Assembly: GCA_017883585.1 (NCBI GenBank)
Contig: JADGNG010000010.1
Location: 1-59,226, forward strand
DNA from: Candidatus Bathyarchaeota archaeon
GTDB taxonomy: Archaea > Thermoproteota > Bathyarchaeia > TCS64
Direction: 5' to 3'
DNA length: 59,226 nucleotides
Below, piece after piece: positions 25,368 to 34,954 of this stretch. The position numbers and the translations under genes are program-made. Within the stretch, counting starts at the first letter, position 1, and every line of letters begins with the position of its first letter. The notes below the pieces were generated by a model that was given only the letters and a program-made list of their open reading frames with translations, was not told the origin of the DNA and did no database searches.

Positions 25368-26030
25368 ATGATACTCGTCAACCTCAAGACCTACAGGGAG
25401 GGGATGGGGGAAAACGCGGTTAGGCTTGCGAAGATAGCGGAGCAGGTCCACATAAAGACGGGGACGAGCATAGCCCTCGCCCCCCAGCTCGCCGACTCGA
25501 AGATAGTCATCGACGCCAGCGAGACACCGGTCTTCGCCCAGCACGTCGACCCCGTCGGAATGGGCCAGTTCACGGGCCACATCCTCCCCGAGTCCGTCGC
25601 GGAGGCGGGGTGCGTAGGGACCCTCATCAACCACAGCGAGAGGCAGATACCCCTAGAGGTCATCAAGGCCACGGTGAAGCGGGCACGCGAGGCGGACCTC
25701 TCGACAGTCGTATGCGTTGACACGGTCGAGAAGGGGAGGCAGGTCGCCGCCTTCGTGCCTGAGGCCATAGCCATAGAGCCCCCGGAGCTCATCGGCAGCG
25801 GCATCTCAGTCTCCAAGGCGAGGCCAGAGGTCGTCTCGGGTGCAGTCACAGCGATAAAGCACGTCAACCCAAAGATCAGGGTCCTCTGTGGCGCAGGGAT
25901 AACGAACGGTGACGACGTGATAGCCGCTCAGAAGCTGGGGGCTGAGGGGATACTCGTCGCCAGCGGCGTGGTGAAGTCAAATGACCCGCAGGCCGCCCTG
26001 CTAGACCTGGCACGCAGCCTCAGGCACTGA
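25368..26030 (+). CDS. tpiA: Triosephosphate isomerase, archaeal type
   Basis: MILVNLKTY start typical of archaeal TIM, plus INHSERQ, IAIEPPELIGSG and CGAGI motifs. The ORF is open from 25341, but Met10 fits homologues better. Confidence 0.88.
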   Translation: MILVNLKTYREGMGENAVRLAKIAEQVHIKTGTSIALAPQLADSKIVIDASETPVFAQHVDPVGMGQFTGHILPESVAEAGCVGTLINHSERQIPLEVIKATVKRAREADLSTVVCVDTVEKGRQVAAFVPEAIAIEPPELIGSGISVSKARPEVVSGAVTAIKHVNPKIRVLCGAGITNGDDVIAAQKLGAEGILVASGVVKSNDPQAALLDLARSLRH

Positions 26031-27381
26031 GGGACTTCACAGTCGCCTCGATCAGCATCTTGTTCTCGGAGACCAGCCTATCGACCTTGGACTGCGAGTC
26101 CGCCTCGGCGTAGAGCCGGAAAATAGGCTCTGTCCCGCTGGGGCGTACGAGTATCCAGCTGCCGTCCCCGAAGATGAGCTTGATGCCGTCCATCGTGTCG
26201 ACGCGGGGTGCCGCTACCTTCGTGCGTAGGGCTTCGAGTACCTTCTGCTTCAGCTCGTTTGGGCAGCGAACCCTGTCCTTCGCCTGTGCGTATGTAGGGA
26301 GCTCTGCGACGAGTTGGCTGAGCGACTTACCCTCCCCAGCCATGATTCCGAGGACAAGGGCCATCGTCATCGAGCCGTCCCTGACTGGGTGGTGAGGACC
26401 GTACATGACTCCCCCGTTCTCCTCCCCGCCAAACTCTATGCCGTTCTCGACCATCGCCCGGCTCACGTCGACGCTACCCACGCGCGTCCAGTGGATAGAA
26501 CCCCCCGCGGCCTCGACGACGTCAACTATTGCGTTGCTGCTACTGACGGGTGTGACGACGCGTGCCCCCCTATGCTTCTCCATGTAGTACTTTGCTACTA
26601 AGGCGAAGCTGCGGTCACCCCATAGGGGCTCACCCAGCTCGTTCAAGAAGATACTCCTATCGGCGTCCCCGTCGAAAGCGACGCCCATGTCCGCTCCTGT
26701 CGCCTTGACGAGCTCCCTGAGCGCCCCTAGGTTGTCGGGTCGCGGCTCGGACTCACGCCCGGGGAACCTGCCATCTAGCTCCGAGTTAACTGTGTAAACC
26801 TCGCAGCCGAGGCGCTGAGCTATCGTAGGGGCGGCGAGCGTCCCGACGCCGTTACCGGGGTCTATCGCCACCTTGAGCCTCTTCCCCTTGATGACTCCGA
26901 CCTCCGACCTTGAGATGATCTCTTCAACGTAGAGGTCGATCGCCTCCCTGTGCCTCAGTGTGCCCACTTTGTCCCATTCAGCAAGTTTCGGCCCACCGGA
27001 GAAGTATATGCCCTCGATCTCGTCCTCGACGTTCCGCGGTATCTCGACGCCATCAGAGGCCATCACCTTGACGCCGTTGAACTCGGGGGGGTTGTGACTC
27101 GCGGTTATCATGAGGCCGCCATCTAGTCCGAGGTGTTTGACTGCGTACTGGAGCGCAGGAGTTGGAAGGACATCGAGATCGTTTACGTTGCAGCCCGCCG
27201 ACATAAGGCCGGAGGCGGCGGCGTCCCTGAACATGGGACTCGTCACCCTCCCATCCCTGCCGAGGGCGATATCTCTACCCAAAATGTGTCCGCACGAGGC
27301 GGCGAGTCGTGTGACGAGTTCGATGGTGAGCTCCTTGTTTGCTATACCCCTGACGCCGTTCGTGCCGAATAGGCGACCCAT
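26020..27381 (-). CDS. Phosphohexomutase (phosphoglucosamine / phosphomannomutase family)
   Basis: MGRLFGTNGVRG N-terminus, active-site Ser loop TASHNPPEFNGVK, Mg loop FDGDADR, and GEENGG sugar loop. A TTG at 27402 is an alternative, less likely start. Confidence 0.88.
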   Translation of the reverse strand: MGRLFGTNGVRGIANKELTIELVTRLAASCGHILGRDIALGRDGRVTSPMFRDAAASGLMSAGCNVNDLDVLPTPALQYAVKHLGLDGGLMITASHNPPEFNGVKVMASDGVEIPRNVEDEIEGIYFSGGPKLAEWDKVGTLRHREAIDLYVEEIISRSEVGVIKGKRLKVAIDPGNGVGTLAAPTIAQRLGCEVYTVNSELDGRFPGRESEPRPDNLGALRELVKATGADMGVAFDGDADRSIFLNELGEPLWGDRSFALVAKYYMEKHRGARVVTPVSSSNAIVDVVEAAGGSIHWTRVGSVDVSRAMVENGIEFGGEENGGVMYGPHHPVRDGSMTMALVLGIMAGEGKSLSQLVAELPTYAQAKDRVRCPNELKQKVLEALRTKVAAPRVDTMDGIKLIFGDGSWILVRPSGTEPIFRLYAEADSQSKVDRLVSENKMLIEATVKSLSA

Positions 27382-27441
27382 GCATAGAGTACTAGTCTTC
27401 AAATAATTAAATGATAGACTGGATACTCCGCTGCGCTCCGG

Positions 27442-28536
27442 TCACATGACCTGGCGGCGCTCGAGTATGCTCTCACTAACTTCCTTGCTCGGGCAAATGC
27501 TGACACCGTCTGTTATAGTGACGCCGTCCCTGATCATCGAATAGTCGCCTATGAGGCTTCCCGACTCGACCTTTACCCAGCGCTCCAGTATGGCGTTCTC
27601 ACCGAGTATAGCATTCTTGACAGAGGAGTAGTCACCAACGGTCGCTCCGGGGAAGAGTATGCTGTTCTCGATTCTGCACCCCTTGCCTACGAGGACGTGG
27701 TCGCAAATGGTCGTGTTGGGCCCTATGAGGCTGTCCGCTCCGACTTCAGCACCCGGCCCTATGTAGCAGGGGGCGAGTATCTTCGCGGCAGGGTCGACCT
27801 TCGCACCCTCACCCATCCTGACGCCTTCCTCGTACTTGCTAAGAATTATCTGGTTTGCCTTGAGATAGTCATCAGGTATGCCCATGTCGGTCCAGAGGCC
27901 GTGGAACTCGAAGCCGTAGAGTTTCCGCTCATTGGCAAGCACTGGGAAGACCTCCCGCTCTATGCTCGCGGCGCGGCCGTCTGGAATGTAGTCGAATATC
28001 TTTGGGTCGAAGACGTAGATTCCCGCGTTGATGAGGTTGCTCGGTTCCAGCCCTTTCTCTGGCTTCTCGACGAATCGGGTTATCCTGCCCTCCCAGTCGA
28101 GTTCGACGGCACCATACCTGCTTGGGTCGGAAACGGGGGTCAACGCGACGGTCGCGATGCCACCCTTAGCCTTATGGTACTCTATGAGGCGTCTGACATC
28201 AATATCGGATATGACATCCCCGTTGAGTACGAGGAAGGGTTCACCGTCGAGGAGTTCCCTCGCCTTTTTTATGGGACCGCCTGTCCCGAGGGGGCGTTGC
28301 TCACGGCTGTAGATGATGCCGAGGTCGAACTTCGTGGGGCCGAGGTAGCGCACTAGGGCCTCAGCCATGTAGTTAACCGCCATGATGACGGTGTCAACAC
28401 CCCCCTGTGAGAGGTTCTTAAGCGTCCAATCCATCAATGGCTGGTCCCCGATCGGGAACAGCATCTTTGGTCTCGTGCAGCTTAACGGTCTAAGGCGGGT
28501 GCCGAAGCCACCCGCGAGAACTAATGCCTTCATCAA
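27442..28536 (-). CDS. Sugar-1-phosphate nucleotidyltransferase with C-terminal left-handed beta-helix (GMPP/GlmU-like)
   Basis: LAGGFGTRLRPL signature. The C-terminal third has hexapeptide-repeat character (IGPGAEVGADSLIGPNTTICDHVLVGKGCRIENSIL). Confidence 0.86.
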   Translation of the reverse strand: MMKALVLAGGFGTRLRPLSCTRPKMLFPIGDQPLMDWTLKNLSQGGVDTVIMAVNYMAEALVRYLGPTKFDLGIIYSREQRPLGTGGPIKKARELLDGEPFLVLNGDVISDIDVRRLIEYHKAKGGIATVALTPVSDPSRYGAVELDWEGRITRFVEKPEKGLEPSNLINAGIYVFDPKIFDYIPDGRAASIEREVFPVLANERKLYGFEFHGLWTDMGIPDDYLKANQIILSKYEEGVRMGEGAKVDPAAKILAPCYIGPGAEVGADSLIGPNTTICDHVLVGKGCRIENSILFPGATVGDYSSVKNAILGENAILERWVKVESGSLIGDYSMIRDGVTITDGVSICPSKEVSESILERRQVM

Positions 28537-28663
28537 GCTTCACCGGTGGTTAAGGATGGGCAGTACTCAGTTTAAGAAACTTCTGTAGAGGCAGTAAGAG
28601 GTGTAAATGCTCTTATGATTTAAATAATACAGTGCAAAAATTTGAAGAAGCTAGTCAACCCGG

Positions 28664-29416
28664 CTACTTTAGGAGAAAGCCCATTACCTCGCTGAGCTTC
28701 TCGGGGCTGAGTCTCTCGAACCTCTCGATGCTCCCCACGTCGTACCAGAACGCGTCCGTTAGGTAGGCCTCCACCCTTCGCCCACTCTGTACGAGGTAGC
28801 TAATGACGTCGCCCATGAGGTCGAAGTTCTTGAACTGCCCCTGCTGCTGTAGCTTCGACATCTCCTTGAGAACAGAGCCGCTGAGTGTGAGAATCCCGAT
28901 GCTGATGGGCTGCATAAGATCCGGCTTCTCTATGAAGTTCGTGATGCGTGTCCCGTCTAGATCCGCCTTACCCACGCTGATGTTGTAGCGTTTAGCCAGC
29001 GCGAGTGTGGCTTCCGCGTTTGTGCTCTGGTGGTGCTTGACCATTGCCCGGATGTCCAGATTACTGATTATGTCGCCGTAGTAGACTACGAGGGTGTCCT
29101 CGTCCTTTATCGCACCTTTCTTGTATGCGTTAATTAGAGCGTTGGCGCTTCCCTTAAGATTCGGGTCGTCGAGAACATATGTCATCTCAACGCCAAACCT
29201 CTCACCGTGCTCGAAGTAGTTCTCTATCTGCTGGTGTTTGTACCCAACAAGTAGGACCGTCTTGGTAATCCCGTGGTACTTGAGTAGGCGAAGGATGTAG
29301 TCGAGGATTGGTTTCTGCTCTTCCCCGATGGGGATCATGCACTTCTGGAAATAGTAGGTGAGGGGTCTGAACCGTGTCCCCTCGCCGCCAGCCAGCACCA
29401 CGCCTTTGACCGACAT
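28664..29416 (-). CDS. Sugar-phosphate nucleotidyltransferase (NTP_transferase family)
   Basis: VLAGGEGTRFRPLT signature. 250 aa, nucleotidyltransferase fold only. Confidence 0.8.
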   Translation of the reverse strand: MSVKGVVLAGGEGTRFRPLTYYFQKCMIPIGEEQKPILDYILRLLKYHGITKTVLLVGYKHQQIENYFEHGERFGVEMTYVLDDPNLKGSANALINAYKKGAIKDEDTLVVYYGDIISNLDIRAMVKHHQSTNAEATLALAKRYNISVGKADLDGTRITNFIEKPDLMQPISIGILTLSGSVLKEMSKLQQQGQFKNFDLMGDVISYLVQSGRRVEAYLTDAFWYDVGSIERFERLSPEKLSEVMGFLLK

Positions 29417-29418
29417 CT

Positions 29419-29634
29419 CTATGCATCCTTCGAGAGTAGTAGGAAGACGCCGAGGATCGCCACTAAGAATCCAAGTGGCGTGAAGAATAAAGTTGGCGCA
29501 GCCCCCTCGACTGTGAGGGTTAAGTAGGTCAGCGTGCCCCCGAGGGCTAGTAGTATGATCCCGAAGGCGGCGACGACCATCCTCGAATATGTGATACCGA
29601 ATCTGCCCGACATATTGTCCCTAGAAGGAGTCAC
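29419..29634 (-). CDS. Small two-TM membrane protein (71 aa or shorter)
   Basis: Two hydrophobic helices (VVAAFGIILLALGGTLTYL, FFTPLGFLVAILGVFLLL). It lies 12 nt after the top6A stop and 2 nt before the next gene, so it is probably co-transcribed. No homology claim. Confidence 0.4.
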   Translation of the reverse strand: MTPSRDNMSGRFGITYSRMVVAAFGIILLALGGTLTYLTLTVEGAAPTLFFTPLGFLVAILGVFLLLSKDA

Positions 29635-29646
29635 GCGAAGACGTAT

Positions 29647-30744
29647 TTAAGAATCAGGGGCGATAGCCCCGATCTTTTCCGGCAGATACTTGTCTACAAT
29701 GTAGGTGAGACCGTAACGGCTGAAGGCCTCAAGCTCCGCCTTCTTCTGTATCTTTATGAAGAGTTCTATCTGCTTCTTCCAGGGGTCCTCGTTGTAGCGG
29801 GGGTCATCCTGTAGCTCTGTGAGTCTCTTCTTGTCGAACTCGGTGAGGTTTTCTGTGGGGAGTTTGTAGTCGATGATGTCGCTAGCCCAGACACCTATCC
29901 ACTTGGCGTCGGGGGCGGTGAGGCCCCTGAGGTGGGCTGCGTTTGCAGAGCCCGAACAGATGACCTGTGCGATGTGTACGCCCCATGGGTCGCCGTCCGT
30001 GAAGATGTAGACGGGCATCCCCCAGTCCTTGCTGAGGCGGTGGATTATACTGCGCGTGCTTCGTGGCGCCTGCCCAGCCGTGTGTATGAGTATGGCGTTA
30101 AACTTCTTGTGCGCCTGCTCCTCGACGAGGCGAGTGAACATCGCGCCTTTCTCGACGACGATGACCTTGTTCGCGGTGGTCTCGATGAACTCGCTGCTCG
30201 TCACGGCGGGCCCGACCATGATGCCGTCCGGGTGGTCGGTGAGGTTCGTGCGCCGCCCCTCGTAGCCGGGGACCGTGTACTCGATAGTGATGTCCCCGAA
30301 TATGGCGCTCCTCTCCTCGGGGAAGATGCCGAAGTCCTCCCTTGCCTTGTTCAGTGACACCTCGAGGTCGGTGATGATGCTGTCGGATTCCTGCTGGTCC
30401 GTGTACTCGATGTCACGCTGGCCACGTGCCGAGTAGTATGCTTCCCTGAGTGTGCTTGTCTTCCGCTGCCTAACGAGTTCCCTTGCGAACCACGCGGTCC
30501 AGACGAGCTGGGTGAATGGGCGTATGTGCTTGATGTTCCTGCTGTGGCGTTTGACCATGCGGTCGCCGAGGATGTACTGGCGGACCTGTGGGTCGTACTG
30601 TATGTTGTCGATACTGCGGCTCTGCATCATCACCCAAGGGAATTCGCCTTGGTTGATCTGGTCGTAGACAAGTGCGCCCAGCTGTTTGAGGGCCTTATCG
30701 GTGGCCTCGCGCTGCTTATCGGCTTCGCTAACTCGCTTCGCCAT
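29647..30744 (-). CDS. top6A: DNA topoisomerase VI subunit A (Spo11-like)
   Basis: 5Y-CAP region with TLREAYYSARG (catalytic Tyr context). TOPRIM motifs VVEKGAMF and FTDGDPWG. 365 aa. Confidence 0.94.
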   Translation of the reverse strand: MAKRVSEADKQREATDKALKQLGALVYDQINQGEFPWVMMQSRSIDNIQYDPQVRQYILGDRMVKRHSRNIKHIRPFTQLVWTAWFARELVRQRKTSTLREAYYSARGQRDIEYTDQQESDSIITDLEVSLNKAREDFGIFPEERSAIFGDITIEYTVPGYEGRRTNLTDHPDGIMVGPAVTSSEFIETTANKVIVVEKGAMFTRLVEEQAHKKFNAILIHTAGQAPRSTRSIIHRLSKDWGMPVYIFTDGDPWGVHIAQVICSGSANAAHLRGLTAPDAKWIGVWASDIIDYKLPTENLTEFDKKRLTELQDDPRYNEDPWKKQIELFIKIQKKAELEAFSRYGLTYIVDKYLPEKIGAIAPDS

Positions 30745-32413
30745 CGATCTTCTCCTCCTTCAACTCCTCTTCCAGCTCCTCTTCGAAAACCTCTTCCTCG
30801 GGTGGCTGGAGCACGCTGTTCTCCTCCCCGTTGTCATTCTCCTCGACACCGTTCTCCTCGTCTCCCTCCTTCTGGTTGACCACACGGATCTCATCGAGGA
30901 GCTTCTGCACGTCGGGCATGTCGGTCTTGTCGCCGAGCTTCATGGCGAACTCGGCTATCTTGGGGAGGTACTTGCCGAATATATTGAGGCGGTGCTTCTG
31001 CCTCTCCAGCTTGACACTACGGCTGATAAAAATGCGGAGGTCGCGTGCAGTCTCTCTGATGGCGTTCGTGATCTCCTTCTCTACCTCGATCTGGTCGGCG
31101 AGGAACTCCTTGCCGACGCTCTTGTACGGGATCTTGGTCGAGCAGAGGTGGATCGCCACAACGAGGGGCGTGTCCTGCTGGACGTTGTAGGTCCTCCAGT
31201 TGATGTCCTTGCTGATGACCTTGTATGTGACGCAGCTTGACTCGTCAAAGAGGAGGGGAATGCGGTTCGCGAACCTGTAGAGGGTGATGCCGTTGCCTAT
31301 CTTGCGGACGGTTGGGCCGGCGACGACGGCGGCCTCTACTATGAAGGGGTAGCCACTGTAGGTGGCTGGAGGCCTCTGAACCGTTTTTATGAAGTCGGCT
31401 TCGGTGAGGTTGAGCTCCTTCCTGATGCCTGTTTCTAGGAGGTCTGGGCCGATGGGGCTGAGACAGCTTGCGTCTGGGCGGTAGAACTCCTGGAAATCCT
31501 TCGCGGCGCGCACGAGTTTAACGATGTCGTCTGATGATAGGTTTGCTGGCTTCGTCTCCGTCTTTATCCCGGCGAAGGTGAGGTACTTCTCCGCCGTCTT
31601 AGGGCCTACACCCTGAAAGTGATCGATCCAGAAGTTCTTCATGTCACGGGACTTAGTGACGAGGAGCATCCTGCGTAGAGTCTCAACGTCTATGCCGTGG
31701 GGGTGAGGCTTGACCCTCTGGGGGACGGGAGGCATCTGCGTGGTGCCCCTCTCGAAGCGGTAGAGCCTGTTCTTGGGGTCGATGAATGTGATGTCAGCGT
31801 ATGGGTTGACCATGGCGGTTTGGCGGATGTACTCGATCATCCGGCTCATAATACGGGGGTAGTCGCCCTCGATCTGGAGCTCGACGATGGTGCCTTTCCA
31901 CCCCTTCTCGTTAGCTAGGGCTGTATGCCGGAGCACCTGTGGCTGGTTCTTCTGGATGTCCATCATCATCTCGTACTCGTGGATCTCGTCCCCGGTGCTT
32001 GAGGTGACGACGACGGGCTTGTGGGTGGTGATCTGACCGTAGAGGATGGTCATCTTGCCGCCCATGCCGAAGGTGCCGCGGTTCTGCTTGAGAGTGTACT
32101 TGGAGCCGTAGAAGACCTGTGCGAAGCAGGCGGGTATCTCCTCCGCCGGGACGCCGGTGCCGTTGTCCTGTATCCTTAGGAGGTAGACGGCTGTCCCGTT
32201 CTCGCCGCTGCTGGCGCTCAACTCGGTTATACGGAGGTAGATATCCGGTGGAATTTGGGCGGATTCGCAGGCGTCTAGACTGTTCTCAAGGAGCTCCCTG
32301 ACGCCGACGTAGATGGCCCTGCTGGGGTTGCTGAAGCCCGCGATCTCCCTGTTGCGGTAGAAGAAGTCGCTCGGGCTTACTGCCTGGTACTCCGTCTCCT
32401 GTGATTGTGTCAT
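30728..32413 (-). CDS. top6B: DNA topoisomerase VI subunit B (GHKL ATPase) with acidic C-terminal tail
   Basis: Bergerat-fold N box RELLENSLDA and G box NRGTFGMGGK. Transducer domain present. The last ~50 aa are Glu/Asp-rich. Overlaps the top6A start by 17 nt. Confidence 0.94.
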   Translation of the reverse strand: MTQSQETEYQAVSPSDFFYRNREIAGFSNPSRAIYVGVRELLENSLDACESAQIPPDIYLRITELSASSGENGTAVYLLRIQDNGTGVPAEEIPACFAQVFYGSKYTLKQNRGTFGMGGKMTILYGQITTHKPVVVTSSTGDEIHEYEMMMDIQKNQPQVLRHTALANEKGWKGTIVELQIEGDYPRIMSRMIEYIRQTAMVNPYADITFIDPKNRLYRFERGTTQMPPVPQRVKPHPHGIDVETLRRMLLVTKSRDMKNFWIDHFQGVGPKTAEKYLTFAGIKTETKPANLSSDDIVKLVRAAKDFQEFYRPDASCLSPIGPDLLETGIRKELNLTEADFIKTVQRPPATYSGYPFIVEAAVVAGPTVRKIGNGITLYRFANRIPLLFDESSCVTYKVISKDINWRTYNVQQDTPLVVAIHLCSTKIPYKSVGKEFLADQIEVEKEITNAIRETARDLRIFISRSVKLERQKHRLNIFGKYLPKIAEFAMKLGDKTDMPDVQKLLDEIRVVNQKEGDEENGVEENDNGEENSVLQPPEEEVFEEELEEELKEEKIDGEAS

Positions 32414-32417
32414 TTGG

Positions 32418-33005
32418 CTACTTCCTCTCGGATACTGGTGGTGGCTGGTCGTACCAGATCTCGCCGCGGTCCTTCTTGAGCTGGCGCCGGTAGGCGAAGA
32501 GGTAGTTGTAGACGGTCTTGTGGAACTTACCGCGGATGAGCATCATGACTGCCTCGGTCGCCGCCGGGAGGGACTCTATATTGCCAATGAGGGCGACGGT
32601 GCTGCCGTATACGCTCATCTGAGTCTCGGTGAGCTCCTCGATGAGGACCCTGCTCTTCCCCTCCCTGCCGATGATCCGGCCCTTAACCCTCTCCTGGGCG
32701 CTGTGAGTCGGCCCCACGTGCTCCTCAAGGTCGATTATGGATAGATCGATGTCCTCATTACCTAGCAGCATTGCACGGTCAGGGCTGAAACCCCTACCAA
32801 TGGCCTTGACTATGTTCGCAACGGTGAAGATAATGGAGACATCCGGCTGATCTTTGTTGAGGACGATCTCGACGTTCCCCGACTCACTCTCTATGAGTAG
32901 ACTGACCTTGAACGTCTTCTCTATCCGGGCCTTCACTTTACCCTCTGGGCCGATTAGAACGCCGACCCTGTCGTGTGGTATTCTTATGTAGTTACGCTTC
33001 TCCAC
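32418..33005 (-). CDS. KH-domain RNA-binding protein (archaeal Dim2/Pno1-like)
   Basis: Two KH modules with GXXG loops (IGPEGKVK, IGREGKSR). The conserved position next to rio1 and aIF-1A fits the archaeal Dim2-like protein. Confidence 0.85.
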   Translation of the reverse strand: MEKRNYIRIPHDRVGVLIGPEGKVKARIEKTFKVSLLIESESGNVEIVLNKDQPDVSIIFTVANIVKAIGRGFSPDRAMLLGNEDIDLSIIDLEEHVGPTHSAQERVKGRIIGREGKSRVLIEELTETQMSVYGSTVALIGNIESLPAATEAVMMLIRGKFHKTVYNYLFAYRRQLKKDRGEIWYDQPPPVSERK

Positions 33006-33786
33006 TCTTCACCCACTCCTGTAACTCTTTATTGTCGTACACCTGGACGCCCAGCCTCGCGAAGTATGCGTTCACTGTCTCCACATCATGTTGTAGGAGG
33101 CTAGTGGCGAGGGGATGTATGGTGAGCATCGCCTGGCTCAGATCGAATATGACTGGCTTCATCTCCCAGACCATTATATTGTACTCACTCAGGTCGCCGT
33201 GGACGAGGCCGGCCTTCTGGTAGAGGGCCCTCATCTCATCCGTGAGCCTGTCGTAGAAGTCTTCGGGGTCGTCCAGCGGCAGTTCCCTCAACACGGGAGC
33301 GGGGACGCCGTCGACCCCTATAAACGTCATCACAAGTATGTTCTTGAGGAAAGCGATGGGGCGGGGCGAGTTTACGCAACCCTGCTGGGCGAGCTGGAGG
33401 TTGCTGTACTCCTTCTGCGCCCAGGCGTAGACGAGGCTCTTGTTGTCTGAGCGGATGTGCTTGAATCTGGGGTCGCCTTCTATGTACTTCATCATGCCCT
33501 TCCGGAACTCGGAGGTCGTCGTGTAGTAGATCTTGATGGCGATCTCCTTCCCATCGGTGGCGGTCCCCCAGAAGACGTGGCCTTCCTTGCCCGCTTTTAG
33601 GACGCCTTTGATCTTGTCTATCTTCTTGTGCTGGATTAGACTCAGGATGCCTTCCAGGGTCGGCCGGTCGAAGACGGCCTCGCTGACGTTGAACTCCTCC
33701 TGGTTCTTGTTCAGCATCAGGTCTTTCTCTTCGTAGTTCCTCTGCAGCTTCTCGGCCTTGCGCTCGATCTTGTCCTGGCTTGGCAC
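32992..33786 (-). CDS. rio1: RIO-type serine/threonine protein kinase Rio1
   Basis: GKEGHVFWG nucleotide loop, IAIKIY Lys, catalytic LVHGDLSEYNIMV, and metal-binding IFDLSQA. Confidence 0.9.
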   Translation of the reverse strand: MPSQDKIERKAEKLQRNYEEKDLMLNKNQEEFNVSEAVFDRPTLEGILSLIQHKKIDKIKGVLKAGKEGHVFWGTATDGKEIAIKIYYTTTSEFRKGMMKYIEGDPRFKHIRSDNKSLVYAWAQKEYSNLQLAQQGCVNSPRPIAFLKNILVMTFIGVDGVPAPVLRELPLDDPEDFYDRLTDEMRALYQKAGLVHGDLSEYNIMVWEMKPVIFDLSQAMLTIHPLATSLLQHDVETVNAYFARLGVQVYDNKELQEWVKSGEA

Positions 33787-33797
33787 GTGGAAATCAG

Positions 33798-34106
33798 CTA
33801 CTCTATCTTCTGTATGCCTTTCTGTCTTAGCTCCTCGACCCGGTTCTGGGTGTAGCGCCAGAATATCTCACCGCGTTCCTCGCTCTGGAAGTCCCAGGGG
33901 CTGACTAGGACTATGTCTCCTTCCCTGATCCAGGTGCGGCGCTTCATCTTACCCCTTATGCGACAGACTCCGACGTTCCCGTCCTGGCACTTCACCATCG
34001 TCCTATCGAATCCCAGCATCTTCTGGACGACGCCTAGCACATCGTTCTTGCTGGGGAGGACCATCTCGTGCAGATCCTTTTCGCTCAGTACCTTCTTCTT
34101 GCCCAT
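33798..34106 (-). CDS. eif1a: Translation initiation factor aIF-1A
   Basis: S1/OB core VLGVVQKMLGFDRTMVKCQDGNVGVCRIRGKMKRRTWIREGDIVLVSPWDF. The ORF is open to 34184, but Met27 (MGKKK) gives the normal ~100-aa protein. Confidence 0.9.
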   Translation of the reverse strand: MGKKKVLSEKDLHEMVLPSKNDVLGVVQKMLGFDRTMVKCQDGNVGVCRIRGKMKRRTWIREGDIVLVSPWDFQSEERGEIFWRYTQNRVEELRQKGIQKIE

Positions 34107-34261
34107 TGAGCGACCTCTAACGGTTGATAGCATGGCGGGAAGCTTAAAAACGGTTCCTATGGGCACATTAACGGAAAAAGCCATTTTTTAACTAGTATGC
34201 TTCAATTATCTGTTAGTTCCTGATCCAATTTTACCTTAATTGTGTTAATTTGAATTTGTGG

Positions 34262-34954
34262 TTAAATGTCGACGGGCACGCGTCTGTTAATAGTGATGCC
34301 CTCTAGGGTCACCTTGGAGTCGTATGCGTACACCTCCACGCCTTTAAGCAGGGCACCGCGGAGGGCCTCGGCGAAGACGGGATCAGTGGCCTCGTTCGGG
34401 CTCAGTGATAGGGCGTCACCGCGCTGAATGAGGAAGACGAGGGCGCTCCTCCCGAGGCGCAGGGCCTCCCCGAGGACCCGTAGGTGGCGCGTCCCGCGTT
34501 CGGTGGGGGCGTCCGGGAAGAGGGCCACGCCGTCGAAGACAAGGGTGCACGACTTTACCTCGACCCACGCATGCGCGGAGCCCTTAGTAAGTTGTAGGTC
34601 GAGGCGCGAGTCCCAGAAGCTGAGCTCGCGTCGGTCGACTCGGTAGCCGTGGAACTCGGGAACTTGACCGGCCTCGATGGATTCCTCGACGACATCATTG
34701 GGAACTCGGGAGTCGACGGAGACAAAAATGCCCCCATGGTCGACGAGGGTGAGGTCCCAACGCGTCCTCCTCAAACGAGACTCGCATCTCTTCAGATAGA
34801 CGCTGGCCCCGGGGACCAGTAGCTCCCTCATCCTCCCCGGGTTCGCTATGAAGCACTCCTCCACACGCCCATCGACCTCGGCCAAGCCCACGAACCTGTT
34901 TGGGCGGGCCTTGAACGTCGCGTGGATTAGGGATCCGAATAGCATCAGGGACAC
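34262..34954 (-). CDS. sfsA: SfsA-family protein (sugar fermentation stimulation protein / nuclease-related fold)
   Basis: N-terminal ARPNRFVGLAEVDGRVEECFIANPGRMRELLVPG and C-terminal FLIQR blocks typical of SfsA. 230 aa. Confidence 0.85.
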   Translation of the reverse strand: MSLMLFGSLIHATFKARPNRFVGLAEVDGRVEECFIANPGRMRELLVPGASVYLKRCESRLRRTRWDLTLVDHGGIFVSVDSRVPNDVVEESIEAGQVPEFHGYRVDRRELSFWDSRLDLQLTKGSAHAWVEVKSCTLVFDGVALFPDAPTERGTRHLRVLGEALRLGRSALVFLIQRGDALSLSPNEATDPVFAEALRGALLKGVEVYAYDSKVTLEGITINRRVPVDI

